A stretch of 64,000 nt of DNA from Sphingomonadales bacterium (GTDB lineage Bacteria; Pseudomonadota; Alphaproteobacteria; Sphingomonadales; Sphingomonadaceae): positions 5,550 to 69,549 of the forward strand of contig JBBQLB010000012.1 of assembly GCA_038327465.1 (NCBI GenBank), read 5' to 3'. Below, one piece after another: positions 39,747-49,746 of this stretch; position 1 is the first letter of the stretch, and each line of letters starts with the position of its first letter. The notes under the pieces are model-generated. The model made no database searches, was not told where the DNA came from, and saw nothing but the letters and a program-made list of their open reading frames with translations. The position numbers and the translations under genes were made by a program.

Positions 39747-40913
39747 ATGACGGGGCTGGCGCGCTGGGCATCGCACCCGGAGCGCTCACGCGGTCGGCTT
39801 CATGAAGAACAAAAGGGGGGCGATGCCCCGCGCGGCCCGCGCGACGCCTTTCAGCGCGACCGCGATCGGATCATCCACTCGATCAGCTTTCGCCGCCTGC
39901 GCCACAAGACGCAGGTGTTCATGGCCCCCGATGGCGATCATTTCCGCGTCCGGCTGACGCACAGCCTCGAGGTGGCGCAGATCGCGCGCACCGTCGCGCG
40001 GGCGCTTGGCCTGAACGAGGATCTGACCGAGGCGCTCGCGCTCGCGCACGATATCGGCCATCCGCCGTTCGGCCATGCCGGCGAAGCCGCGCTCGAACAG
40101 GCGCTCGAACAAAATGGCGGATTCGACCATAATGGCAATACGCTGCGCGCGTTGATGACGATCGACAGCCCGTATCCGCGTTGGAACGGGCTCAATCTGA
40201 CGTGGGAAACGCTCGAGGGTCTCGCCAAACATAACGGCCCGATTTCCACGCCCGGCTGGGCATTGGCGGAGTGCGATGCGGCGTTCGCGCTCGACCTGAC
40301 ATGCTGGCCGAGCCTGGAGGCACAAGTCGCTGCAATTGCAGACGATATCGCCTATGACAATCACGATATCGACGATGGTCTACGCGCCGGATTGCTCACG
40401 CTTGATCAGCTGCTCGCAGTGCCCGTCGTCGCGCGCGGGTGGGATGCCGTGCGCGCGCGCTTTCCCGATGTCGCGCCGACGCGGCTGGTGAGCGAGCTCG
40501 TCCGCTCGCAAATCGGCGCGATGGTGCGCGATTTACTGACCGAAACGCGCGCGCGCCTCGCAAATATTGGCGATATCGCAGACGTGCGCGCGGCGGGCCG
40601 GTGCCTCGTCGGCTTCTCGCCTGAAATGCGCGAGGATGAGCGCGTGCTGAAGCGCTTCATGTACGCCAATCTCTACCACCACCCGCGCCAGTTGGAATCG
40701 GCGCGGGCGGCGGAAGGGATCGTGGCGGGGCTGTTCGCGGCGTACAGCGCCGACCCGGCTTTGATGCCGGGCGAATGGTCCGCGCGGCTGCCTGCCGGGG
40801 AGCCATGGCGCAGCCGCCACATTGCAGATTTCATCGCCGGAATGACCGATCGCTACGCCGTCGCGCGGTATCGCGAGGCGGTCGGACCGATCGATTTGCC
40901 TGAGGGATTTTAG
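39747..40913 (+). CDS. dgt: Deoxyguanosinetriphosphate triphosphohydrolase (HD family)
   Basis: [49 protein letters not shown]. Confidence 0.95.
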   Translation: MTGLARWASHPERSRGRLHEEQKGGDAPRGPRDAFQRDRDRIIHSISFRRLRHKTQVFMAPDGDHFRVRLTHSLEVAQIARTVARALGLNEDLTEALALAHDIGHPPFGHAGEAALEQALEQNGGFDHNGNTLRALMTIDSPYPRWNGLNLTWETLEGLAKHNGPISTPGWALAECDAAFALDLTCWPSLEAQVAAIADDIAYDNHDIDDGLRAGLLTLDQLLAVPVVARGWDAVRARFPDVAPTRLVSELVRSQIGAMVRDLLTETRARLANIGDIADVRAAGRCLVGFSPEMREDERVLKRFMYANLYHHPRQLESARAAEGIVAGLFAAYSADPALMPGEWSARLPAGEPWRSRHIADFIAGMTDRYAVARYREAVGPIDLPEGF

Positions 40914-41000
40914 CGCGCCAGTTTGGCATAGTCTTGCGACATATGGCGCGTATGAAGCTAGCCAGCCCGTCGTATCGGGCGCTTGGTCAGGACGTTGTCG

Positions 41001-42506
41001 ATGAGCAAAGCCAGTATCGCCCTCAATCGCTTTGGGCTGGGCGCGCGCGCCGATCAGCCGGCGCCATCCGATCCGGTCGCGTGGCTGACCGGGCAATTCG
41101 CGAAGTATAACCCCAAGCCCGACGCGATCGCCACTGCAGCGACCAGCGCCGCCGTTTCAGCCGAACTCGCCGATTACATTCGGCAGCAGCGGTCGCTCCG
41201 TGCGCAAGCGGGTGGGCGGCCGGGACGCCCGTCGGCACCGATCGCGGCGGCGCCGATGCAGATGGCTGCGCCCGGGATGCAGCCAGCGCCCGCGATGGCG
41301 GGATCTGCCGCGCCTGAGCCGAACGACGCCATCAAAGTGGCGCGGCAATTTGTCCAGCGCAGCGGGCGGGGCGACTATGCCGGCGCGGTCGGCGCGCGGT
41401 CGACCAATGCGCTGATCACCGACACGCCGTTCGTCGAGCGGTTGGTGCATTTCTGGGCAAACCATTTCGCGGTTTCGGCGGATAAATTGCAGGTCATCGG
41501 CCTGTCCGGGACGCTCGAATTCGAGGCGATCCGGCCGCATGTGCTGGGCAGCTTCCGCGACATGCTGATCGCCGTCGAGCAGCATCCGGCGATGCTGCTC
41601 TACCTCGATCAGGCGGCATCGATCGGGCCGAACTCGCCGCTGGGATCGCGCATCGCGCTGCGCACCGATCGCAAAATCGGGCTGAACGAGAATCTCGCGC
41701 GCGAAATTCTCGAGTTGCACACGCTTGGCGTGCGCACCGGCTATTCGCAAGCCGATGTTACCGAATTCGCGCGGGCGATGACGGGCTGGACGGTGGCGGG
41801 GATCGGGCCGGGGCCAATCGCGCGCTTCGCCGGGATCGACGGGCGGCCCGGCGATTTCGTGTTCGCCGCACCGTTGCACGAACCGGGTGACCGGATGGTG
41901 ATGGGCAAACGGTATCCTGCAGGCGGGGTCGGACAGGCGCAGGCGGTGCTCAACGACGTGGCGATCGCGCCCGCCACCGCGACGCATATCGCGACCAAAT
42001 TGGCGCGGCATTTCGCGGGCGACACGCCGCCGCCCGCAATGGTGGCGCGGTTGCAAGCGGCGTTCCTAAGCTCGGGCGGCGATTTGCCGACGGTGTATCG
42101 CGCGCTGATCGCCTCGCCCGAGGCGTGGGTCGAGCAACCGCTCAAGTTCAAGACGCCGTGGGAATGGACGATCTCGGCGCTGCGCGGGCTGAACGTCAAG
42201 ACCGTCGATCCGCTGGTGATCGTCGGCTTGCTCACCCAACTCGGCCAGCCGGTCTGGCGACCCGGACAGCCGGCCGGCTATGACGATATCGCGGCGAGCT
42301 GGGCCGGGCCCGATGCCGTGCTGCGTCGGGTCGAGGCGGCGGAGCGTTTTGCATCGCGGGCAGCCAATGTCGATCCACGCACACTTGCGCCAAAGCTCCT
42401 GCCGGGCGCGGTTAGTGCCGCCACTACAACCGCGCTCGCCAATTGCGAAAGTCCGGCGCAGGGCCTTGCCTTGCTGCTGGTCGCGCCCGAATTCATGCGG
42501 AGATAG
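41001..42506 (+). CDS. DUF1800 domain-containing protein
   Basis: NRFGLG, ERLVHFW.NHF.VS, HPAML.YLD, NENLAREILELHTLG, DV.EFARA.TGW. Confidence 0.92.
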   Translation: MSKASIALNRFGLGARADQPAPSDPVAWLTGQFAKYNPKPDAIATAATSAAVSAELADYIRQQRSLRAQAGGRPGRPSAPIAAAPMQMAAPGMQPAPAMAGSAAPEPNDAIKVARQFVQRSGRGDYAGAVGARSTNALITDTPFVERLVHFWANHFAVSADKLQVIGLSGTLEFEAIRPHVLGSFRDMLIAVEQHPAMLLYLDQAASIGPNSPLGSRIALRTDRKIGLNENLAREILELHTLGVRTGYSQADVTEFARAMTGWTVAGIGPGPIARFAGIDGRPGDFVFAAPLHEPGDRMVMGKRYPAGGVGQAQAVLNDVAIAPATATHIATKLARHFAGDTPPPAMVARLQAAFLSSGGDLPTVYRALIASPEAWVEQPLKFKTPWEWTISALRGLNVKTVDPLVIVGLLTQLGQPVWRPGQPAGYDDIAASWAGPDAVLRRVEAAERFASRAANVDPRTLAPKLLPGAVSAATTTALANCESPAQGLALLLVAPEFMRR

Positions 42507-42509
42507 GCA

Positions 42510-43661
42510 ATGTACGATCGTCGTTCTTTTATTGGGGCCGGTGCCGCAGGCGCGCTGACCCTCGCGCTTGCCCCGCGCATGGCCTTTGCGAAAGCCGAGA
42601 CCGACAAGCGCTTCATCTTCATTATTCAGCGCGGTGCCGCTGATGGGATGGGGATATTGGCACCCGTCGGCGACCCGGCCTTTGCTGCGGCGCGCGGTGA
42701 TCTGGCGACAGATTTTGCAGGTGCCGCCCGGCTTGACGGCATGTTCGCGCTGCATCCGGCGATGACGACGCTGCACGGCTTGTACGGGCAGAAGCAGGCA
42801 TTGTTCGCGCACGCCGTCGCCTCGCCCTATCGCGACCGCTCGCATTTCGACGGGCAGAACGTGCTCGAAAGCGGCGGGAACAGCGCGTATCAGGAAAAAG
42901 ACGGCTGGCTCAATCGCTTGCTCGACGTGCTGCCGCCGACACAAGCAAAGGCGATCGCGATATCGGCGACAGTGCCGCTCGCGCTGCGCGGCAAGCATGA
43001 GGTGTCGTCCTACGCGCCATCGAACCTGCCGCAAGCGTCGGACGATCTGCTCCAGCGCGTGGCGATGCTGTATCAGGGCGACAGCCAGCTCCATGCGCTG
43101 TGGAGCGAGGCGATGGGAACCCGCGCACTGACCGGGGATATGGCGGCGGGCGGCGGCGCGAACGCGGCGGCGACCGGCGCGCTGGCGGCGAAGCTGTTAG
43201 CGCCCGCCAATGGCGCGCGGATCGCGATGATCGAAACGGGCGGGTGGGACACGCACGCCCAGCAGCGCCAGCGCCTGGGCCAACAGGTGCGGGGCCTCGA
43301 TGCGATGATCGGCGCGTTGCAGACGGGCTTGGGGCCGCTGTGGCGCGACACTCTGGTACTGGTCGCGACCGAATTCGGGCGGACGGTTGCGGTCAATGGC
43401 ACTGGCGGGACCGATCACGGCACCGGCAGCTCGGCGATGCTGCTCGGCGGCGCGGTGCGCGGTGGGCGGGTGTTGGCGGATTGGCCGGGGCTTAGTCAGG
43501 CGGCGCTGTTCGAAGGGCGCGATCTGCGCCCGACGCTACAACTCGACGCGTTCATCGGTGGCGCGGTGGCGGGGCATTTCGGCGTGGACCCTGCGCGCGC
43601 GATGGCGGCGCTGTTCCCGGCGAGCCGGGGAACGGCGGCGGTTTCGGGGCTGGTGGTTTAG
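42510..43661 (+). CDS. DUF1501 domain-containing protein (Tat signal)
   Basis: Twin-arginine DRRSFI, RGAADG, RSHFDGQ, GWDTH, TEFGRT, GTDHG. Confidence 0.92.
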   Translation: MYDRRSFIGAGAAGALTLALAPRMAFAKAETDKRFIFIIQRGAADGMGILAPVGDPAFAAARGDLATDFAGAARLDGMFALHPAMTTLHGLYGQKQALFAHAVASPYRDRSHFDGQNVLESGGNSAYQEKDGWLNRLLDVLPPTQAKAIAISATVPLALRGKHEVSSYAPSNLPQASDDLLQRVAMLYQGDSQLHALWSEAMGTRALTGDMAAGGGANAAATGALAAKLLAPANGARIAMIETGGWDTHAQQRQRLGQQVRGLDAMIGALQTGLGPLWRDTLVLVATEFGRTVAVNGTGGTDHGTGSSAMLLGGAVRGGRVLADWPGLSQAALFEGRDLRPTLQLDAFIGGAVAGHFGVDPARAMAALFPASRGTAAVSGLVV

Positions 43662-43664
43662 GTG

Positions 43665-44900
43665 TTATTTGAGTCGCGCGGGCGGGCGCTTGCCGAGTTC
43701 GATCAGCAAGCGCGTCAGTAGATACAGGCGCGGTGTCAGCGTCTGCAGGTCGAGATATTCGTCGTCGGTGTGCGCGCCGTTGCCGACCGGGCCAAGGCCA
43801 TCGAGCGCGGGGACACCGCGCGCGTGGGCGAGGGCGGATTCCGAGGCACCACCGTTCCCGCTGCGCACCAGCACGCCGCCAATTCTGGCGTAAAGCCGTT
43901 CGGCGAGCGTTGCCAGTGCATCGGTCTGGGGATTGTTGGGCAGCGGCGGGAAGCTGACGAAATGGCTGACCGTCACCGTGGTGTCGGGGATGATCGTTGT
44001 TTTGGCATTGCGTTGCAGCAGGGCATCGACCTCCTCCACTTGCCCCGCCTCGCGGACACGCACGCTGAAAGTGGCTGAGGCGTCTTCGGGAATAATGTTG
44101 TCGCGCGATCCGGCGTTCATCAGCGTCAGGTTCGCAGTGAGGCCTTCGCCCTTGTTCGGCAGTTTGCTGGCCAATTCGATCTGGTGGATCAGTTCGAGCG
44201 CGGCGTTGCGGCCCATTTGCGGGGCCACGCCGGCGTGCGAGGGGCGGCCTTTGACGGTGATCTTGAAGCGATTACTGCCCTTGCGCCACACCGTGAGCGC
44301 ATCGGGCACGTCGCCGGGTTCGAGGTTAAGCTCTACATCCGCGTCGGCCAGCAGTTGGTCGATCAGCGCGCGCGTTCCCGTCGATCCGCCCTCTTCGGAT
44401 GTTTCGATGAGGTAGGTGATCCGTGCGAAATCGGTGATCTTCAACTGCTTGAGCAAGCGCAGCGCGACGACGCCTTCGACCACGCCGCCTTTCTCGTCGA
44501 TCACGCCCGGACCGAGCGCCTTCTGGCCTTCGATGCGAAACGGGCGCTTTGCGACGGTACCGGGGCCGAAGACGGTGTCGGTATGCGCGATCATCAGGAT
44601 GCGCCCTTTCCCGGTGCCCTCCAGCGTGGCGACGACATTGTCGGGCAGGGTGGGCTGTTCGGCGGGTAGCAGCTTCACCGTCATGCCGAGCGCGCGCAGT
44701 TCGCTCGCGACCAGTTCCGACGCCTTCTGCCCACCGACCTTATCGCCGGTGCCCGAGTCAATATTGACCAGCGTTTCGAGCAGCTTGAGCTGATCGGCGC
44801 GCGCTGCGGTCGCGGCTTTCAGCACCGGGTCGGCGGGGGCGGCGAAGGCGGGGGTCGCGCACAACGCTGCGATTGAGAAAAAGAAGGGGGCGCGGCGCAT
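43665..44900 (-). CDS. Secreted M20 glutamate carboxypeptidase (carboxypeptidase G2-like)
   Basis: Signal peptide, AHTDTVF, GPGVIDEKGG, SEEGGS, HAG..P..GRNA, DGLGP.G..AH..DEY. Confidence 0.9.
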   Translation of the reverse strand: MRRAPFFFSIAALCATPAFAAPADPVLKAATAARADQLKLLETLVNIDSGTGDKVGGQKASELVASELRALGMTVKLLPAEQPTLPDNVVATLEGTGKGRILMIAHTDTVFGPGTVAKRPFRIEGQKALGPGVIDEKGGVVEGVVALRLLKQLKITDFARITYLIETSEEGGSTGTRALIDQLLADADVELNLEPGDVPDALTVWRKGSNRFKITVKGRPSHAGVAPQMGRNAALELIHQIELASKLPNKGEGLTANLTLMNAGSRDNIIPEDASATFSVRVREAGQVEEVDALLQRNAKTTIIPDTTVTVSHFVSFPPLPNNPQTDALATLAERLYARIGGVLVRSGNGGASESALAHARGVPALDGLGPVGNGAHTDDEYLDLQTLTPRLYLLTRLLIELGKRPPARLK

Positions 44901-44989
44901 GCTTGGTTTCCCTGGATCGTTCGATCCGAGGAGAGAATGCGTCGGACGTGCTGTCAAGGGGAATGGGTGTTTGCCGGGGGGCGTCGCGC

Positions 44990-45997
44990 TTACCGTCCCC
45001 GCGCCAGAAGTTCCGGCAGGGACAGGTTGAGGATCGCATATTTCTGCCAATCTTTATAATCGAAATGCCACCATTCCTGCGGATAGACGGTGAAGCCCTG
45101 CCGCTCCATCTCGCGCCGCAAAAGGTCGCGTTCCCACCGCTGGCGAGTCGTGCCGCCCGGATAGTCGGGATAGGCCCGAACGCTCATCTCGTCATAGCGG
45201 CTGGTCATTTCGACGGGTTTGCCATCGGCGAGTCGATACAGCGTGAGATCGACGGCGGAGCCGCGATTGTGGCGCGAACCCTTCGCCGGATCGGCAACGA
45301 AGACATGGCTGCTGTCCGGTGTCACGTCCCAGAAGATGCGGGTGACGTACCACGGGCGATAGCCATCGTGGATCAGCAGTCCGTAGCCCAGCGGGCGCAG
45401 CGCGACGGCCACGCGGGCGAGCGCCTCGGCTGCGGGCTGCTGCAGAAAGGCTCCGGATTTTTCATAAAACCGCACGCCCGCGAAATTGGTGGTCTTGGCA
45501 TACCGGATGTCGAGCCGAACATTGGGGACGATCTTTTTTAGATTGCGTAACGCCTCCGCCCGCTCGGGCTGTGCTTCGGCAGGCGGGGTCATGGCAATCG
45601 CCCGTGCGCGGATCGCGGCGAGGTCACTGCGTACCCCCGCCCGGATCTGCGCCTCAACCTCCGCGCCATAATCGCGACGCGGGAAGGTGGTCCCATCGAC
45701 GATCACCGCCGTGATCGCGCCACTGCGGCGCACGAAGGTCACGCGCCGATCCCTGCCATCCCGTGCGATGACAAAGACACCTCCGGCGCGCCGCAAGGGT
45801 TCCTCCTGAAACCCGCCACCGCTGAGATAGACCGTGCCGTCACGCTCATGCACGTCGACGGGCGACGATCCGCCGTCATAGGTTCCGACACGTGCGGCAA
45901 CAGCGCGCTTCGGCGGGGGCGGAGCCTTTGCCTCGGCGGTAAGCCCGGCCAGCGCAAGACAGCTAGCGGCGATCGCGCCCAGAGTACGGCCGAACAT
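44990..45997 (-). CDS. Secreted D-Ala-D-Ala dipeptidase (M15D, VanX/DdpX-like) with extra N-terminal domain
   Basis: DGYRP, SRHNRGSAVDLT, EWWHFD; AGGAGG SD 8 nt before ATG 45997; signal peptide. Confidence 0.88.
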   Translation of the reverse strand: MFGRTLGAIAASCLALAGLTAEAKAPPPPKRAVAARVGTYDGGSSPVDVHERDGTVYLSGGGFQEEPLRRAGGVFVIARDGRDRRVTFVRRSGAITAVIVDGTTFPRRDYGAEVEAQIRAGVRSDLAAIRARAIAMTPPAEAQPERAEALRNLKKIVPNVRLDIRYAKTTNFAGVRFYEKSGAFLQQPAAEALARVAVALRPLGYGLLIHDGYRPWYVTRIFWDVTPDSSHVFVADPAKGSRHNRGSAVDLTLYRLADGKPVEMTSRYDEMSVRAYPDYPGGTTRQRWERDLLRREMERQGFTVYPQEWWHFDYKDWQKYAILNLSLPELLARGR

Positions 45998-46172
45998 CTC
46001 CACGCCTCCTCGAGGTGCAACGTCAGGCTTCGGCTTCTCTCAGACTTTTCGCGCGAGCGGAAGCGCGATTGCGCCCGCGCCTTGCCCAGCCTGATGGGCG
46101 ATAGCGGCGACAGGCTTTGCTCCGTCCCGTATGATCGTTTAAGGGCCGCGGCTTGCCGATATTGGAACACGC

Positions 46173-47897
46173 ATGACTCTCTACACCCGTTTTGCCGCGC
46201 ATCTCGATGCGGCGCTCGATGCGCTGGTTGCAGCTGGCGATTTGCCCGCTGGCCTCAACCGTGCGAGCATCACGGTCGAACCGCCACGTGATGTGACGCA
46301 TGGCGATCTGGCGACCAACGCGGCGATGGTGCTGGCCAAGCCCGCAGGCGCCAATCCGCGCGCGCTGGCGGAGAAGATTGCGGCGGCCTTGCAGGGGCTC
46401 GACGAAGTAGCGAGCGTGTCGGTCGCGGGGCCGGGGTTCATCAATTTGTTCCTGACCGACGACACATGGCGCGCCGAACTCTCCGCGATCCGTGATGCTG
46501 GCGCCGATTACGGCCGCTCGACGCGCGGCGCTGGCACGACGGTGAATGTCGAATATGTTTCGGCCAATCCTACGGGGCCGATGCACATGGGGCATTGCCG
46601 TGGCGCGGTGGTCGGCGATGCGCTGGCGAGCTTGCTGGAATTTTCGGGCCACAAGGTGATCCGCGAATATTATGTCAACGATGCGGGCGGGCAAGTCGAT
46701 GTGCTCGCGCGCTCGGTGCATTTGCGGTATCGCGAGGCGCTGGGCGAGACGGTGGAAATCCCCGAGGGTCTGTATCCCGGCGATTACCTCGTGCCGGTCG
46801 GGCAGGCGCTCGCCGCCGAATTTGGCGATGCCTATGTCGACAAGCCCGAGAGCGAATGGCTGGTGCTGTTCCGCACCCGCGCGGTCGCGGCGATGCTCGT
46901 GCTGATCAAGGATGATCTCGCGCTGCTCGGTATTCACCACGATCTCTTCTCGTCCGAGGCGGAGTTGCAGGCGGCGGGCAAACCCGAGGCGGCTGAGCAT
47001 GATTTGCGCGCGCGGGGCCTCATCTATGACGGTCTGCTCGAAGCCCCCAAGGGGCAGGAGCTCGAGGATTGGGAACCGGTCGTGCTGCCGCTGTTCCGCT
47101 CGACGCAGTTTGGCGATGATCAGGACCGACCGATCAAGAAATCGAACGGGCAATGGACCTATTTCGGCGCCGATCTCGCCTATCACTATCAAAAGGCGCA
47201 GACCGCCGATGCGCTGATCGATATCTGGGGTGCGGATCATGCCGGGACGGTCAAGCGGATCGTCGCGGCGGTGGCGGCGCTGACCGGTGGCAAGACGCGG
47301 TTCGACGTCAAGCTCGTCCAGATGGTGCGGCTGATGCGCAATGGCGAGCCGATCAAAATGTCCAAGCGCGCGGGCAATTTTGTGACGCTTGCCGATGTCG
47401 TGCGCGAAGTCGGCAAGGATGTCGTGCGCTTCACGATGCTGACACGCAAATCCGATGCGCAGATGGATTTCGATTTCGCCAAGGTCGTCGAGGCGTCGAA
47501 GGACAATCCGGTTTTCTACGTCAATTATGCGCACGCGCGCGTCGCGTCGCTGCATCGGCGTGCGGCGGAGGCGGGAATCAGCTGCGAGTCGGTTGATCTG
47601 TCCCAGCTTGATACGGAGGATCTGGCGCTGGTGAAGCTTGCCGCGCAGTTTCCGCGGATCGTCGATACCGCCGCCGCCGCGCGGGAGCCGCACCGAATTG
47701 CCTTTTATCTCTACGATTTGGCAGCATCGCTCCACGCGCTGTGGAATGTCGGCAATGATCGACCCGAGCGGCGCTTTCTGCTATCCGACAATCCTGCCAT
47801 GACGTGTGCGCGGCTGTTCTTGGCAGATGCGCTCGCGCAGATTATCCGCAATGGTTTGAGCATTATGGGCGTCGAAGCGGTCCAGGAGATGAACTGA
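46173..47897 (+). CDS. argS: Arginine--tRNA ligase
   Basis: HGDLATN, GPGFIN, EYVSANPTGPMHMGH, WGADH, KMSKR.G, YAHAR. Confidence 0.98.
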   Translation: MTLYTRFAAHLDAALDALVAAGDLPAGLNRASITVEPPRDVTHGDLATNAAMVLAKPAGANPRALAEKIAAALQGLDEVASVSVAGPGFINLFLTDDTWRAELSAIRDAGADYGRSTRGAGTTVNVEYVSANPTGPMHMGHCRGAVVGDALASLLEFSGHKVIREYYVNDAGGQVDVLARSVHLRYREALGETVEIPEGLYPGDYLVPVGQALAAEFGDAYVDKPESEWLVLFRTRAVAAMLVLIKDDLALLGIHHDLFSSEAELQAAGKPEAAEHDLRARGLIYDGLLEAPKGQELEDWEPVVLPLFRSTQFGDDQDRPIKKSNGQWTYFGADLAYHYQKAQTADALIDIWGADHAGTVKRIVAAVAALTGGKTRFDVKLVQMVRLMRNGEPIKMSKRAGNFVTLADVVREVGKDVVRFTMLTRKSDAQMDFDFAKVVEASKDNPVFYVNYAHARVASLHRRAAEAGISCESVDLSQLDTEDLALVKLAAQFPRIVDTAAAAREPHRIAFYLYDLAASLHALWNVGNDRPERRFLLSDNPAMTCARLFLADALAQIIRNGLSIMGVEAVQEMN

Positions 47898-48574
47898 TGG
47901 CGACGAGCGAATATGAGATGCGCGATGAAGATCGCCTCCCCTGGCTGGAAACGGTCGAGGACGATTATGACGACGGCCCGTCGGTCATCCGCATCGTGCT
48001 GCTCGTCATGCTCGCCCTCGCGATCGTCGCGGCGGCGATCTTCGGCTATCAATATTATAAGAAGCACCAGGGCACGGACGGCAATGGCGCGCTGATCACG
48101 GCGCAAGAGGGCGATTACAAGGTCAAGCCCGATGATCCCGGCGGCCTGAAGGTCGAAGGCGAGGGCGATACCGCGATTGCGACCAGCGATGGCGCGGGCA
48201 CGCGCAACGCCTCGATCGACATGAAGGCAGCGCCGGAAGCACCGATCGCGGGCAAGAAGGCCGAGCCGGCCAAGGTCGATGCGGGCGCCAGCAAGGTCGT
48301 TGCGGCGATCCCGGCTGTGGCTCCGGCTGCATCGGGCGGTGCACTGATCCAGTTGGGCTCCTTCGCCAGCGAAGCCGAGGCCAATGCCACTTGGGCGACG
48401 CTTTCGAAAAAGTACGGCTATCTCGCGCCGATGGGCAAATCGGTGCAGGCAGCGCAGGTCGGCGGCAAGACGGTGTACCGCCTCCGCGTCAACGCGGGCG
48501 GTGCGGGCGCGGCGACGAGCCTCTGCGCGAAGCTGTCGGCTGCCGGACAGGCGTGCTTCGTTCCGAAATCGTAA
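47897..48574 (+). CDS. Single-pass membrane SPOR-domain protein (FtsN-like)
   Basis: Short cytoplasmic N-terminus, TM helix, C-terminal IQLGSF…VYRLRV SPOR; argS-SPOR-nagZ synteny as for alphaproteobacterial ftsN. Confidence 0.85.
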   Translation: MATSEYEMRDEDRLPWLETVEDDYDDGPSVIRIVLLVMLALAIVAAAIFGYQYYKKHQGTDGNGALITAQEGDYKVKPDDPGGLKVEGEGDTAIATSDGAGTRNASIDMKAAPEAPIAGKKAEPAKVDAGASKVVAAIPAVAPAASGGALIQLGSFASEAEANATWATLSKKYGYLAPMGKSVQAAQVGGKTVYRLRVNAGGAGAATSLCAKLSAAGQACFVPKS

Positions 48575-48596
48575 GCGTTCTTTCCTCTCTTACTGG

Positions 48597-48667
48597 TGTC
48601 ATCCCCGCGAAAGCGGGGACCCATCTGCGGCGGCAGGTGATGGGTCCCCGCTTTCGCGGGGATGACA
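48597..48667. repeat. TGTC-tagged palindromic (RPE/REP-like) element, intergenic
   Basis: Perfect 29-bp IR TGTCATCCCCGCGAAAGCGGGGACCCATC (48597-48625 / 48639-48667). Confidence 0.9.
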
Positions 48668-48738
48668 AAAAGGGCGGTGATAATGACAAGATTATGGTGG
48701 GGATGACAGCGACGCGCGTCGCATTGTAAGCCGTTCGC

Positions 48739-49746
48739 ATGAAGCCCGTCATTTTTGGCCTTTCCGGCCCCGTTCTTACTCCCGCAGAGACCACGTTTTT
48801 CGCAAACGTCGAACCGGCGGGCTATATCCTGTTCAAACGCAACATCGAGACGCGCGCGCAAGTGCGGGCGCTGACCGATAATTTGCGCGCGCTATCTGGG
48901 CGGGACGATGTGCCGATCCTGATCGATCAGGAGGGCGGGCGCGTCGCGCGGATGGGGCCGCCGGAATGGCCCGCTTTTCCGGCGGGTCCGGCCTTCGATG
49001 CGCTGTACGACATCGCGCCGATTTCCGCGATCGAGGCGGCGCGTGCCAATGCCGAGGCGATCGCGCTGATGCTAACCGAGGTCGGGATCAACGTCGATTG
49101 CTTGCCCTTGCTCGATGTGGCGCAGCCCGACACGACCGAGGCGATTTCAACGCGCGCGCTCGGCTCCGAACCGCTGCGTGTGGCGGCGATGGGGCGGGCC
49201 ATTCTCGACGGGCTGCGGCGCGGCGGCGTGGTTGGCGTGGTAAAGCACATGCCAGGGCACGGTCGGGCGATCGTCGACACGCATTATCATTTGCCGACGG
49301 TAACGGCGTCCGATGCCGAACTCGAAATCGATCTGCGACCGTTCGCGAGCCTGAAAGACGCGCCGATGGGCATGACCTCGCACATCGTGTTCGAAGCGTG
49401 GGATCGCGAGCGGCCCGCGACGCTGTCGCCAGTGGTGATCGAGGAGATCATCCGCCAGCGGATCGGTTTCGACGGGCTGCTGATGACCGATGACATCGAC
49501 ATGAAGGCGCTGTCGGGCAGCGCCGGCGACAAGGCCGCAGGCGCGATTGCGGCGGGGTGCGATTTGGTGCTCGATTGCTGGGGCCGGATGGACGAGATGG
49601 AGGACATTGCCCAACGGCTCGGCGAGATGTCAGCGGTCTCGCGCACGCGACTGGAGCGGGCGATGGCGACGGTTGCGGGGTTGCATGCAGGGGGCGACAT
49701 GGCGGCATTGATCGCGAAGCGGGATCAGTTGCTGGCTTTGGTATGA
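48739..49746 (+). CDS. nagZ: Beta-N-acetylhexosaminidase (GH3)
   Basis: ILFKRN, IDQEGGRV.R, KHMPGHG, DTH, LMTDD. Confidence 0.95.
   Translation: MKPVIFGLSGPVLTPAETTFFANVEPAGYILFKRNIETRAQVRALTDNLRALSGRDDVPILIDQEGGRVARMGPPEWPAFPAGPAFDALYDIAPISAIEAARANAEAIALMLTEVGINVDCLPLLDVAQPDTTEAISTRALGSEPLRVAAMGRAILDGLRRGGVVGVVKHMPGHGRAIVDTHYHLPTVTASDAELEIDLRPFASLKDAPMGMTSHIVFEAWDRERPATLSPVVIEEIIRQRIGFDGLLMTDDIDMKALSGSAGDKAAGAIAAGCDLVLDCWGRMDEMEDIAQRLGEMSAVSRTRLERAMATVAGLHAGGDMAALIAKRDQLLALV

Noticed and set aside
39747-40913. dGTPase as an anti-phage nucleotide-depletion system
   Set aside because: Looks like the housekeeping Dgt family with host-like composition and no defence neighbours.
23983-48667. 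Palindromic repeats as a possible CRISPR array
   Set aside because: They are dispersed, of different sequence, not regularly spaced, and no cas genes are present.
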